Shown: positions 51,334 through 63,388, counted from the first letter of the whole stretch. The stretch is DNA of 63,388 bases, filler included, from Olpidium bornovanus S191 (GCA_017911155.1; 23 parts of 23 records of this genome joined end to end with filler, not necessarily neighbours in it); one strand, 5' to 3'. A program made the numbers and translations. The notes: a model not told the origin generated them from the letters alone.

Positions 51334-54300
51334 AGCGAGGCCGCCGTCGCACCCCTCGGCGAGAAGAGATTTTCCCTCGCCCCCCACGCCCTCCCGCTGC
51401 CCCCTCCCCCCCCCCCCCCCCCCCCCCCCGCCGCCCCCATCCGCCGCTGCGCATTCGCCCCCGCCGCTGCGCTCACCGCCGCCGCTGCGCTCACCGCCGC
51501 CGCTGCGCATCGCCGACGCCATCCACCACTGCGCATCCGCCGCCGCTGCGCTCCTCGCCGGCCGCCGCCGCCGCCCCAGCCGCAGTCGCCGCTTACCGGC
51601 CACCGCCGTCGCCCCGCCACTCACTGTTCGCCGCCGCCGCCGCCGCTCACCGACAAGCTCAGCCAAGCTATGTCCTTTGCCAATGAACGTGACGAAGAGC
51701 GTGAGATTGTCGACCGGGACAGGGACCGGGACCGGGACCCCCCACCGACAAAGGAAAAGACAAGATGAGATCTAAAACAGCAATCTTCTCGACTCCACAC
51801 CGCCTCGCTACAACCTTCCCTGGTTCAGATTTCGGAGATTCCCGGACGGGACAACCAACTCCAACGCCCTACAAGGCCCCCCGGGGACATGGTACNNNNN
51901 NNNNNNNNNNNNNNNNNNNNNNNNNNNNNNNNNNNNNNNTTAATTAATTAANNNNNNNNNNNNNNNNNNNNNNNNNNNNNNNNNNNNNNNNNNNNCCCCC
52001 TTCCTCCCCCTTTCTTTCCCTTTTGTTTTTTTTCTTTCGTCCTCCAGTGCAGCCCTTGCGTGTTCTTTCTTCGTCTGTTCTTCTTTTCCGTATTTTCTTT
52101 ACGAACTTGCAGAAAACATTGTTTAAGTACTACCGTTTGTACATATCAAACCCGCTTCAAGAAAATTGTCGAAATACTCACACACCGCCGCTAAGCTTTA
52201 CTTCTCCCTTGCTTTTTCCTTGGTTCTTTTGGTAGACAGCCCGCTTCTTATACGTCAGTTATCTCTCTCCAAAGCCGAATCCTTCCTCCCCCTTTTGGCT
52301 CAACTTTCTTGCTTTCATTTCTCCCCTTTCCCAGAGTCCATTGCTTATTCCGTACCGTAACTAGTACTAACCTCAGTCAGAGTAAGACAGAATCCTCCTG
52401 GATATAAGTATAATCAAATTGCTTCTTTCCTCTTTTCTTCCCTCTTCGCTCATCCGTGCGCCCTGCGGTTCGTTGGCGCGATTGGGTATGGGCTCAAATT
52501 GAGATCGGCGAACGGAAGCTCTCCGGCATTAGGAAAGCTACGTTCCCTTCCCTTTTTATTTACGCAGGTTCTTGGGGCAATTCACTGCTGCTCTCTGAGC
52601 GGACGTCAGGGACAGATATTCGCGTTCGGAATTTCCGGATTTATACAGGTTTTGGATGTACGAGCGGGGGAATTCTACTCGTGTTCTGGTTTACGCGTCC
52701 ACTGTGACACGTGATCTGCCAACACGCACAGAACAACTTAGACAACGCTACCATCGCGCCAAAATCTCGAGAAACAAAATTCCAGCTTAAAAGCGAGGTG
52801 CTGTTCGAGAGAAAAAAAATCCAACCAACGGGAGCGAAGAAAAAAAAAAATCCAGAACCCGTATTATTTTAAACCAATATGTTATTTGCGTTACTTAGTA
52901 TATGGCTATATACTTTAACTGTAGTGCAGTGCATATTTTGCCCCAATTGGAACTGGATCAATCTACCAAAGAGCATAAACCTGCAGATTTGCGCGACGAA
53001 AATTAAACCCTTGCCGGGGAGGTAGTGTGTGTTTGCGAGCTAGGTGGGGAACCGCACAATGCGTTTACCCACAAGAACCACGTGGCTCTCACGTGATCTT
53101 AACCGCAGTATATAAGAAACGGAGGAGGCCGAGGGGACTGGCAAGCCAAACGGAAAATAAACAAACCTGGAAGAACGGCGAAATGCGGCCCCCCCCCCCT
53201 TCCCCCCCCCCCCCCCTTGTCGCGGACACAAATGTCCGCCCGTTGCGCGGCACTGGCGCCCTCGATAGGGTGCGACGTGAGCGCCGTTGTTCACTCGGGG
53301 GGGCTCCGCCCGGAACTTTCCCATGCTCGAGCGCGGCGACATCCGGGTTTGTCGACTCCGCTTTCTCCGGCAGGACAGCGGGACTTCCAACAGGAACATT
53401 TCCCTCCCTCGCCTCCCTCTCCCCTTTCTCCTTCCCCTCCCTCTCCCCTTTCTCCTCCCCCCCCCGGCCTTTCCGTCGAAATTCCTTTTATGAGTGGAGT
53501 CTCGTGGCGAAAAAGGCCGGGCGGACGCGAACGGGCGTTCGGAACATCCCAAACGAATCCGCGCCCGGCTTGCGTAGTCGCTTTTGCCATTCATGTTCCA
53601 CGCCCAAGAAGCACTTACCGTTCACGATGCGGATCGTACCAAATAGAAATACGGCGGCTGTGCGGGTTTTGTGATAACAGGTTAGTCGATTCAAGTCTCG
53701 ATTTGCGATACCGCATGCGCGCCCCTTTTGAGGGCGCCCGGCGTCGAACGGATGCCATTTACGGGATGATGTTGTTTGTTATTATTATAACTTTCGTTCT
53801 ACCGATACGAATTTTGGGGAAACTCAATTTCCTGACCGCAGTGTGTGATATGGTGGAGAAATTTCGCCACCTGCTCTGGCATAACGAGAGTCGTTCTTCT
53901 TTCACTGCAGGCAACACACACTGAGGACGCCGGCCGCATAATTTTTGATACTGTCACCACAAGCGATTTTCAGTTCTTTGCGCACCGTGCCGCGCAGTTT
54001 GCGACGTTATGACCAAGGAGCCAACGAAATGGAGATTGTGCGGGACGCAAGCGATCTTCGTCGGCGTTAGAATACCCCCAAACGTTGCTGAGTTCCGCTT
54101 TTTTCACCTCCGCATGGGTGTGGTTCAGGTACGCTGCAACGTCAGTCGTATCTCCTCAAATATTTGTATATGGGGAGGTATAAATGACGTCGCACCTGAT
54201 CTGAACTTCATTAGTGGGGTTAATTTTTGGTTGTTTATACCATAGAGGCCCCATTTATTTTGCGGTTCTTCCGTCTCCGTCTTCTACTTATTCTGGCCGA

Positions 54301-55398
54301 TCATTTTGCTTGAATGTGTCATGTTAGCGCTGCTTCCGTAAAAGAATTTGTGCCGTGAGAACTAAACCTTGCGGTTTGAAAACTTTGGCCATGACGCGTG
54401 TTTCTTTGATTCAAGTCCGGGTCGGGGGTTGTTGTCATACCGTTTGCTACCCCGAGAGAGAAAAGTCGCAATCGGTCGGAATAACTTTCAGCTCCCACCG
54501 TACTCGTGCATCCTGAGACAATTTTCCATTTTACTTTTCAATTTCTTATTCGGCGCTCCATTAACAACCGGCCCGCAGGTGCAAGACAGCCGCGGAGATT
54601 ATGTCAGTAGTTTACTGTTCCTGACGCGCATCGCTGTAGGCTCCTGTTGATGCCCCGTCAAAGGGCTTGTTCCCGAAGTCGGCGCGACAGTGGCCTGGAT
54701 GCTGTTGCGAACCGTACGAAGCGCTTTACGCGTCACGTTAACAATGAAGCGGCAACTCTGTCTTGGAGGGCCTGCCTACGAAGCTGCCCGCCGGCAGAAC
54801 CGCAAACGCAAAGGCGAGTTGAACCCTTCTACAGCAGATCCCAACTGGTACGACGATGCTTCCTGACCACGGCAAATACTTTGAACATTTACCAGGGCAA
54901 ATCATAAGATGACGAACGGGAAGGCTTTATGGATCGCCCACATCCACTAACGGCCAAAGAAATTTGTGGAAGGATGATTTGAAGGGAAGATATGAACCCA
55001 GGATAAGTCACTGGTTGCCCGTATGGAACGAGTCAACTCAAATGCGGTTTCTTTTATGCGCATGGTGCGTAGGTTCCTGTGTTTTTGATGAGATATGAGC
55101 GGGAATAATTTGGGGATAGCGATTTAAGAAAGAGTGCTGTCTTGTTTTTTGGATAAGTTGCCTCCGCGATGTCTGGCGTGCGAGGGAACATAGCAGTTGC
55201 CGTTTTTAGCAAGCAGCGGAGCGCCGGTTGCCGGCAGTAACGCGTCCGAAATTGGATAAGACTGGGATGTGGGAACGAGTAAATCAAGATCCCGGGCGGC
55301 CGACCAGGGGCAGACGGAGGAGGACGTCGCGGGGTCGAGAGGAAGAAACGTCTGCTCACCAGCCGGCCCGTGTATACCGCGATTTTCGTGTGTCCTCG

Positions 55399-55872
55399 TT
55401 AGAGAAGCAGCACGTTGGAGGCAAGCACAGTGGCCACGAACAGGACAGGTCCCGACAGACCAGCCGCGTGGCCCGCACCCGCGGGACTAAGGGTGCCGCC
55501 GAAAGCGGTGGTGGTGTTCCCGTTCGTTGGCCGGACCCCGGTGGAGTTGGTCGGTGTTGGGGACCCCGATGCCGCCGTGGTCAAGAGCGTTGCGGTTGCG
55601 TTGCCGGCGCCCGAAGGCGGGGGCGATGCGTCGCCCGCGCCGCCGGACGAGGTGGACGAGGAGGGCGAGGAGGCGGCGGTGGTCGTGGCGGTCGGGGTTA
55701 TGGGAAGGATCGAAAAGATCCCCGACGTTTCGTCGGCGGCCGCAGCGGGGCCCGCGGGCGCGTCGGAGGAGTCCGCTCCGTCTCCATGCGTGTGCGCGGC
55801 GACGGACGGGGCGGCGAGGAGGCGGAGAAGGAGGAGAGCGACGAAATAGCAGGCGGTGAAGGGGCCCTTCAT
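55399..55872 (-). CDS. Small secreted Ser/Thr/Ala-rich, probably GPI-anchored surface protein (157 aa, intronless)
   Basis: Signal peptide MKGPFTACYFVALLLLRLLAAPSVAA, S/T-rich body with NAT/NST/NTT sequons, small-residue spacer and hydrophobic C-terminus PVLFVATVLASNVLLL*. Confidence 0.82.
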   Translation of the reverse strand: MKGPFTACYFVALLLLRLLAAPSVAAHTHGDGADSSDAPAGPAAAADETSGIFSILPITPTATTTAASSPSSSTSSGGAGDASPPPSGAGNATATLLTTAASGSPTPTNSTGVRPTNGNTTTAFGGTLSPAGAGHAAGLSGPVLFVATVLASNVLLL

Positions 55873-56282
55873 GGCGCGCTGTGCCGATCCAAAAGCTGGT
55901 TGGAATGTCGCGGTGCAGGATTTCCTTTTTTTTTTTCCCTTCCGTTAATAACGCGCGCGCAGGACCCTCGCGCGAAAACCCCGAGGCCGCCTCTTGTTGA
56001 CCGAGTGCGTTGATTGATTTGTTGGTTGATTGATTGATTTTCGAGGGCTGCGGCGCTTTACGTTGAAAAGAAAAGATTGAGAGGCGTCGTAAGCGGTGCT
56101 TCCAAAAGGAAGGGAGGGCGGGTTGGCACGTGATGGAGGGTGCCACGAAAAGATTGAGGTTTCGCCGAGACACGTGATCTCCTGTAATTCAGAAACTGTA
56201 ATTCAGAAACGGAACCAAAACAAAACACGTGTAACGAACGCCCGGCCCACGCGCCACCATTACCCCGCTGCAGCTGCAGCGG

Positions 56283-56669
56283 TATCCCAGTAGCCCCTGA
56301 GGACATAGAGAAAACAGCTTTCAGGACTCGATATGGGCACTTTGAGTGGACGGACAGTGATGCCCTTCGGCCTCTGCAACGCACCCACCACATTCATCAC
56401 ATGGATGAACGCCGTTCTCGGCGACCTAATGGATGTGTGCATGGTGGCGTACATGGACGACATCCTGATTTACTCACAGACTGAAGCAGATCACCAAACC
56501 CACATTGCCCAAGTCCTAGAGAACTTCCGGGGACACCAGGTTTATGTCAATCGCGAGAAGTCCATGTTCAGCAAAACCTCGGTGGAATTTCTGGGCCATA
56601 TCTTCGATGCAACCGGGGTCCAAGTCAAGGAAGACTACCAAAGGGCAGTGAAGGAATGGTTGCCTGTGC
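56283..56669 (+). mobile_element. Ty3/gypsy reverse transcriptase fragment (pseudogene)
   Basis: PEDIEKTAFRTRYGHFEW(4-bp GGAC duplication)TVMPFGLCNAPTTF..VAYMDDILIYS..H..VL..EKSMF..VEFLGH. Confidence 0.94.
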
Positions 56670-57096
56670 TGTAGCACGGCCCTCGAACCGTCGCCCTTGA
56701 CCAACGCCACGGAAGGCGGGCGGCGGGCGAAGGGCGGCGGGCGAAGGGCGGCGGGCGAGGGGCAGCGGGCGAAAGGCGCAGGGCAAAGGGCGAGAGGCGG
56801 TCGAAGGGCGGAAGCGGCGGCGGGATCGAGGGCAGGACGGCCCCCGAACCCGGGGGTCGACCAATAAATTAGTCCCCCTCAAAGCCAGCCAATCGAAGAG
56901 CGCTTTCCCTCTTCCCCCCTCGAAGCCTGCCAATCGAAGAGCTTTCCCCCTTTCCCCTTTCCCCCCCCAGCGCCACACGCGGGAACCCCCGCCAACCATA
57001 ACCCCCCCCCGACTGCCCCCGCACCCCACCACACGCAAAAGCTCGGAGCCCCGCGTGGTAACCGCGCGGGAAGGTACCGGACGCACCGCGCCGACA
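56670..57096 (+). mobile_element. Possible LTR 5' end interrupting the RT, with 14-bp tandem repeats and a duplicated CCAAT block
   Basis: TGTAGC at 56670, where RT homology stops. GGGCGGCGGGCGAA x4-5 (56718-56787). Two copies of cccctc.aagcc.gccaatcgaagagc.tttccc at about 56874 and 56914. Confidence 0.4.
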
Positions 57097-57798
57097 NNNN
57101 NNNNNNNNNNNNNNNNNNNNNNNNNNNNNNNNNNNNNNNNTTAATTAATTAANNNNNNNNNNNNNNNNNNNNNNNNNNNNNNNNNNNNNNNNNNNNCATG
57201 CACGCGCGCCGTTCACGCGGCAGAAGAAACGGAACGGCGCGGAACGTGTTCTCACCCCACAAATCCCGTCCACGCACGGCCTAACCTTTTTTCATTTGTT
57301 CTTGCAACAAAAAAAAAATAATGCCGACGGGCAATTGAGCAAATATGAAAGACCATACTGGCATAATAATAATCCGCAGTGCATCCCACGCGTCAAAAAA
57401 CACCAGCACCACTAAGGAAAGGGTGGCAGTCGGCGTCCCGCCCCGCCTTCCCGATTGGAACAACCAAACTCCCTCCGCCCCCCCCCCCCCCCCCCCACCC
57501 CCCTTTCTCCAGTTGAAACATATCACCGCGAAAAAGGATATTCCCCTCTGCTGGGCTCCGCCTTAGCACACTCTCAGCCTGCCGCAGCAAAAGGGGAAAC
57601 GGCGGAAAGATAAAATAGCGGCAGAAAAAAAAAACAAAGAGACGGGGATTGGAATGGGGAGCTCTTAAAAACGCACGCGCGGTTCCCGGGCGGCGCGAAA
57701 CAGCGAGATTCATCGCCGCCCGGGGCCCGGGTTGACGGGTCGAGGAAGGGAGGGAGGGAAAGTTCGCTTGGCGAAACAACTAGGGTGCCGCTCGCGCG

Positions 57799-58716
57799 TC
57801 ATCGGCCGCCGCCTTCTGGGAACGGCCAATCCACGGCGTTTCGCATCTCCCCGAAAAGATTCGCCGCTTTTTCAGCGAGACCGCGCGCCGCCTCCTGCTC
57901 CGCATCAGCGTCGCAGCAGGGCCTGACGACTTCCGCGATCAGCCGTTCCACGACGGCGCGGATCCTCGCCTCGTGCGCCAGGATGCAGCGGACGGTGGCC
58001 GCCTCGCGCCGCTGGCACAAGTAGGCCACCGTGTTGGCCGTCACCGCGGACGCGCCGAGCGCGCGGCCGTGTCGCGTCTCCAGCAGCCGCTCCATCTCTT
58101 CGACCGCCCGCCGCGCTTGCCGCATCACCTCCAACGCGCCAGAGGCCGAGGGCTCGCGTTCCGCATCTGCGTCAGCGAGGCCTTTGGCCGAGCTTTCCCC
58201 GCCGCTTCCGACAAGTGCCAATGCAAATTCGCCTGAAGCCGCAGCGCGCTGAGGACAACCAAAAAGACAAACAAAATAAGGCCGGGGAAAACAGCAGCGG
58301 AGTGCGATCAAAAAAAAAACAGTTACCGGCGCCTTCGGAAGGAATTTGAGCTCTGCTCAAGCGGGACGTCTGAACCGCGGTTTCACGCCTCTCATCCGCT
58401 TTCACGCGTTATATTTCGCGATTTCCTCCTCCCCTCCCCCCCGCCCCACCCCGTCCCTCACCTTTCCAGGAGGCAACGGAAGCTCCGTCCGGCCGCTCGA
58501 TCTCTTCGCCGGCGGCGCCGGAGGCGGTATCGCGACGGCAGGGTTCGAGTTTCTCACTTCGGAAAGGAGTTGCGGGTCAAGCTCGAACACCTCGACCGGA
58601 ATCTCGCCAGGATGCGCAACCGTGGTGCAAGTGAAAGCGGGCAGCGCTCGTAACGTTTTCGCCACTTCCGACTTTTCTTTGCTTTCCGCGTTTTTGCAAC
58701 GGGGCGCCGCGCGCAA
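57799..58716 (-). CDS. Hypothetical protein fragments, family unknown
   Basis: Exon-like frames TLRALPAFTCTTVAHPGEIPVEVFELDPQLL..PGK|gt and ..VAYLCQRREAATVRCILAHEARIRAVVERL..MRNAVDWPF, GC3-biased. Confidence 0.45.
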
Positions 58717-58772
58717 TGCGGCCGCGGTCGCCGTCAGGACGCGCGGGAAGCTCGATCACCCACCGTCGCCGG

Positions 58773-58814
<42 letters not shown>

Positions 58815-59021
58815 ACCCCCGGCGNNNNNNNNNNNNNNNNNNNNNNNNNNNNNNNNNNNNNNNNNNNNTTAATTAATTAANNNNNNNNNNNNNNNNNNNN
58901 NNNNNNNNNNNNNNNNNNNNNNNNCCCCTCGGGATCGGAGGATACTTTTCGGCCACAGTCTGCTTGCTCTGATTCTTCCTGCGCAAACCTCCCGGCCTCT
59001 TCCGGGGCGTGCAAACAAAAG

Positions 59022-59568
59022 TTGCCACGCCAGCCGGCCAGCTGATCGGCGTCCCGCGGCGCCTCCTCGACGCACGCCGGCCGTATCCCCCGCTCACAAA
59101 CGAGCAGAAGGAGGAGATGCTGGTCCCGTACGAACCGGCACTAACGGTCGACCCGCGAATGACGGTCAGCTATTACCTGGAAGTCCTCGGCGTACGGAGC
59201 ATCATCTCTTCGCCGGCCCTACTGGAATCGACCAGCCTCGTTCTCGCGCACGGACTCGACCTGTTTCACACGCGGCTCGCCCCGTCGAAGCAGTTCGATG
59301 TTCTTAGCGAGGACTTCTCCAAGAGCGGCCTGCTCCTCACCATGACGGCCTGCGTTCTTGGCATCCTGGTGGCCAGGCCGATGGTAAGTGCCACCTCTTT
59401 TCTCCCCCTCTCTCTCCCCATGCCGCTTGTCGCGTCGCCCGTCTGCCGTCCTTTTTGTTGCGGGGCGTTTTGCTCAAGCACCTTCTGCGACCTGCTTGTT
59501 TCTCGGCGTGGGCGCATTCGTCCAATTTACAGGTCAACCGGAGAAAAATCAACGCCCTCTGGCAGTAA
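59022..59568 (+). CDS. EMC1: ER membrane protein complex subunit 1, C-terminus
   Basis: PRRLLDARRP..EEMLVPYEP..SPALLESTSLVLAHGLDLFHTRLAPSKQFDVLSEDFSK + TM | VNRRKINALWQ* (TAA 59566-59568). Confidence 0.96.
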
Positions 59569-60225
59569 GATACGGGTTTTGTACTTAGATTTGCCACGTC
59601 AGCCAACCCGGTTGCGCCGGTTTGCCGTTCTATCCGAAAAATTGGTGCAGCGCCACCCAACGGGCAGACCCGGCCACGAAGGTCAGACGGCGTTCAAAGT
59701 AAAAGGTCGGACTAGCGGTTGTTCCGTGCAATTCGGCTAATTTGGATCATAGGAGGCCCGACGACGCCCAAAAGCCGTAGTCCTCGATATCATAACCCCC
59801 CTAGGCCCCCCTACCTCTTACCCGACCTCAGTTCTGGATTTCCCGACCTCTCGCTGCGAGGCTAAAAGTGTGCTGTCAAAGGCCACCGCCGTGGCGGCCA
59901 GATATCGCTGCACCCGTTTTATTGGCGGGGGTCCGACATTTTGGGTGCCGCTCCAGTGACCGCCACCGGTCTTCCATCTCAAAGCTCGCCGTGCAGATTG
60001 CTTTTACTTTTACCCCAATCCGCCAACCTTCGTCTGCTCTGCGTACCTTTCGCCGCTCGTGTCCATCATAGTTGGCGGGTATGCTCTATCTCCAAGCTAC
60101 ATGTACAGGGAATTGCCGTCTACGGGATTCCAAGCGCGTGGTCAGCCGCCGTTGCGAAGGGAACAGGGTACGAGAACACGGCGGGTCTGCTCACGAGTAG
60201 CAGCCGGCACGAATGTTGGATGGAG

Positions 60226-62184
60226 TTACGCGGCAGACGCGCTGGGGTTGTCCCCTGATTGCGGAGACGAGGGATAAGAGGAGTCATCTTCCGAATCGGG
60301 CGCGGCCAGCCGCGCTTCGAACCACGCCCGGTTGACTGCCGCGTAGCAGTAGATGAATTGGCAGGGGGTCTGGACGATGAGAGGCCGGTGCAGCCTGAAG
60401 TACTCCACCAGGTCATACACGACGTCGCGCTCGTCCGGAATCAAAGTGAGCGGCGAAAGCGTCGGCTTGCGCGGGACATCGAGCGCGGCGGTCTCTGGGC
60501 CAGAAAGCGGCCGGGGCGGGATGCCAAAACCGGGGACGTCGAGGCTGCCCAGGGCCGCGTCGACGACGCAGAAGGTTCCGCTGCGGCCCACGCCGGCAGA
60601 ACAGTGGACGACCATCGGGCCGGGATCAGGGTCGTCGTCCGGGAGGCCGTCCGCCGCCGCCGCCGCGGCGGTCCTGGCGTCACGGATGTAGGCTTCCTGG
60701 ACGGAGTTCGCGAGACGGATCACCCTGAGCAGCGTTTCGGGGCTCGCGGGCACGCCGTGGTCCGGCCAGTCGGTGAAATGGATCTGAGTGACCAGCCGCA
60801 CCCGCGCGTCAGACTGCGAGTCCGACGACGACGCCGACGCCGACGGCGACAGCGCCAGCGCCAGCGTGCGCACGGTGCACCCGGAACCCGGATCTCTCGA
60901 CGTCGAGGTGAGCGCCACCGAGAGACCGACGTCCTGAAAGGACAGCGGCGCGTCCGTCCGCATTGGCCAGTACCCGTGGCACATAATCCGGGTGTTCTCC
61001 TCCTCCTTGCACAGCATGACAATGACCCGCGAACCCTCGCTGTGGACCATCTGCCAAAAGGCGGCCTGCGTCCCGGCGAGAGGTGCCTGGGTTGAGATGT
61101 ATCGTAGCCGCCCGTCCGGAGACACCAGGTGCGATGCGTTGATGTATGACCTGCCGCCTGCTGCTGCGGACCGCCGGGAGGTCAGTCAAGCAAACCAGAA
61201 GCGCGTCCGCCGCGCTGGACACTTTTCCGGAGGAACGGGACGATCCACCAGCGTACCCAGCCTAACGCGACTCCACTCGTACGGCAACACGTCAACGTAG
61301 CGGTTGCAGTCGCTGAACCGCAACGCGGTCGCGACGCTGAAAGGGTTGGGAGCTGCCAGCCGGCCGGCAGCCGCGGCACTCGCCGCGGGCACGGCAATCT
61401 TCCTGGCGAATTCGTTCGCTTGTATCCGGTCGAACCTGGACGACAGGTACAGCTCTGTCCCGTTCTGGCCCAGGAGGTACAGGTTCCGTATGCAAAACGG
61501 CGCGCTTTCCGACGGGTACTTCGGCGACACGTCAGCGCTAGCGGCGGGCCACGCCGCCGGCGAGGCCCCGGGCGGGGACCCTGTCATCCTCACCGGGTTG
61601 ACACCACCACGGGAGGTGAGCGACCGGGGCGTGGACGGCGCGGACAGCGGCAGAGGGGTCGCCGCGGGAGGCAGAGGGCCGAAGATCGCCGACAGGCCCC
61701 TGAACATGACAGACGGGGACGAAAGCCTCCGCCGCCGAGCGTGAGAAGCGCCGGCCGCCGGGAGGTTCACCTCGAGCGACGACAGTGGCGGCGGCAGCTT
61801 CGACGGATCCAGCCGCAGGCGCAGGGGAAGCGGCCTGGCCGGCTTGTCCCGCGGCGGGCCCTGGCGGTCGCCGGGCAGCAGCAGCTGCTGTCGCAACTCG
61901 CACGGCGACGCATCGCCGGGGCCGGCGTCCGGGACGGCGGAGCCCTCGTGGCGAGCTTCGCCACTCGGGCGGCGCTGCAAGACGGCAGTTGCCGTGTCTG
62001 CTGCTGCGGGAGGCGGGTGAGCGGAGAGCGCCTGGCGAACGCGGGTGGCCGGCGAGGACTCTCGCCGGGGGCGGCGCGCCTCGACATGGCGGGCTGGCGG
62101 CTGCCCCGCGTCGGGCGCGCGGGAAAGGGGGGGGGGGTGCCGCCGTCGACGCGGGAGGGCGTGCGGCCGCTGATGACGTCAGCC
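60226..62184 (-). CDS. Classical protein tyrosine phosphatase with Ser/Pro-rich N-terminal region (5' truncated)
   Basis: CNRYVDVLPYEWSRVRL|, YINAS, YISTQAPL, FWQMV, VIVML, YWP, IHFTDWPDHGVP, VVHCSAGVGRSGTF, RPLIVQTPCQF. One intron at about 61167-61257. Confidence 0.96.
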
Positions 62185-62901
62185 NNNNNNNNNNNNNNNN
62201 NNNNNNNNNNNNNNNNNNNNNNNNNNNNTTAATTAATTAANNNNNNNNNNNNNNNNNNNNNNNNNNNNNNNNNNNNNNNNNNNNCCGAAATCGATGCAAA
62301 AAGTGCGAAAAAGCAGCTGGGATTCAAACTGTTGTTTAGATGGTGACATGTAAACATTCTAGCCACTCAGATAAGTATCGTCACACACATCATCCTAAAA
62401 ATATTTCTTGAGTTTCACGCTGGTGGCACGCGCCTGGAAGTGACAAAGGCAACGGGAAGGGTAATCGAAGCGCAGAACTCAGAGAGTAATAGGGTGCGAA
62501 GGGATGAGGATTCCCACTTAAGGGGCACACACGTGGGTGAGGGCACCACACAGTGGTAGACTAATTTGGATTTTGCTGACTTTTTCTTTTTCTTTTTTGT
62601 TGGGTTGATCCGGTATTTATGCACACTCGTTGGTCCAAAGGGGCTCACCCAGCGCTGTTGGTGAGCCGCAGGCGAGTCCCAGCTCAATAACGGAAAAGAG
62701 AAGCTCCTTGGAGCTCCCTTCGATTCCGAATCAACACAGGACACTTCCCCCACCCCCCCTCTCCCCGCTGTCCTCAATCAATTCGAAGGGCTAGAGTTGC
62801 ACCAGGGAGGAGAGTGCATACGCATTCTGAACCTTCTTGGCTGGACGGACCCGCCGGGTTGCCCACTTCGCGTCTGCTGGGTTTCCGTCTGCCCGTCACA
62901 T

Positions 62902-63010
62902 CCGAATTTCGGTCTTGCAAATGGCACCCCCCCCCCCCCCCCCCCACCACGCCGGCCCCCCCACCCCACCCCCCCCCCGCCCCCCCCCCCCCGAATTTCG
63001 GTCTTGCAAA
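62902..63010. repeat. Exact 20-bp duplicate separated by C-rich tracts
   Basis: ccgaatttcggtcttgcaaa at 62902-62921 and 62991-63010. Confidence 0.9.
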
Positions 63011-63388
63011 GGGCCCCCCCCCCCCCCCGTTAAGACAAGTCCGGCGCCTTAACCCACCGCCGGCCGGGCCTCCGAGGCTGATCGGTCTGGTCGTCCGATC
63101 CCGGAGTTCCCACCAGAACGACGCCGGATTGTTCTCTCCCCGCCGCGTCCATTCGCCCCGTCGTTTGTCCTGTAAAATCAAACCGCGCGTCGCCCCCCTC
63201 CTGCTCACCCCCCCCCCCTCCTCGCCCCCGCGCCGGATGGCGGGAACGCGCGGCGGTTCGTCCGGCGCGCGTGACCGGGAGTTTCCGGTTTTCGATCCGA
63301 CGGAAGAAAAAAAAAAAAAAAAAAAAAAAAAGGAAAAAGGGGGAAAAAAAAAAAAGAAAAAAAAAAAAAGAGGGGGGGGGAGAAAAAG

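Overview
This window is not contiguous genome. It is 23 short eukaryotic contigs joined by 22 artificial 100-bp spacers (44 N + TTAATTAATTAA + 44 N, stops in all six frames), so adjacency across spacers means nothing. The DNA is GC-rich and intron-rich (GT-AG), with many homopolymer and microsatellite tracts. Gene content points to a flagellated, early-diverging (zoosporic) fungus. Fungal-type genes: Spa2 SHD, Rxt2, Mgm1, Glt1. Flagellar genes: DNAI4/WDR78 and an Mn-motif microtubule-inner-protein candidate. Retained ancestral genes: HRI kinase, INTS6, TRANK1, LRRC58. An Olpidium-like organism is plausible, but this is inference only. Other mostly partial genes: CTR9, NC2alpha, Cof-type HAD hydrolase, SFT2, EMC1, a classical PTP, a long coiled-coil protein and a GPI-anchored protein. 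Decayed pogo, Ty1/copia and Ty3/gypsy elements are also present. Most notable observations: (1) a Ty1/copia element resembling the plant Bianca lineage, with a half-tRNA-Ile primer site; (2) an INTS6 gene carrying a frameshift and an in-frame TAA; (3) an eight-copy R(R)PS (PKA-consensus) array in Spa2; (4) 10 of 44 contig ends falling on CATG-centred palindromes; (5) abrupt GC3 jumps next to homopolymer tracts; (6) a GPI protein with a predicted N-terminal ATCUN motif. All family calls are from motif recognition by eye; no database searches were run.
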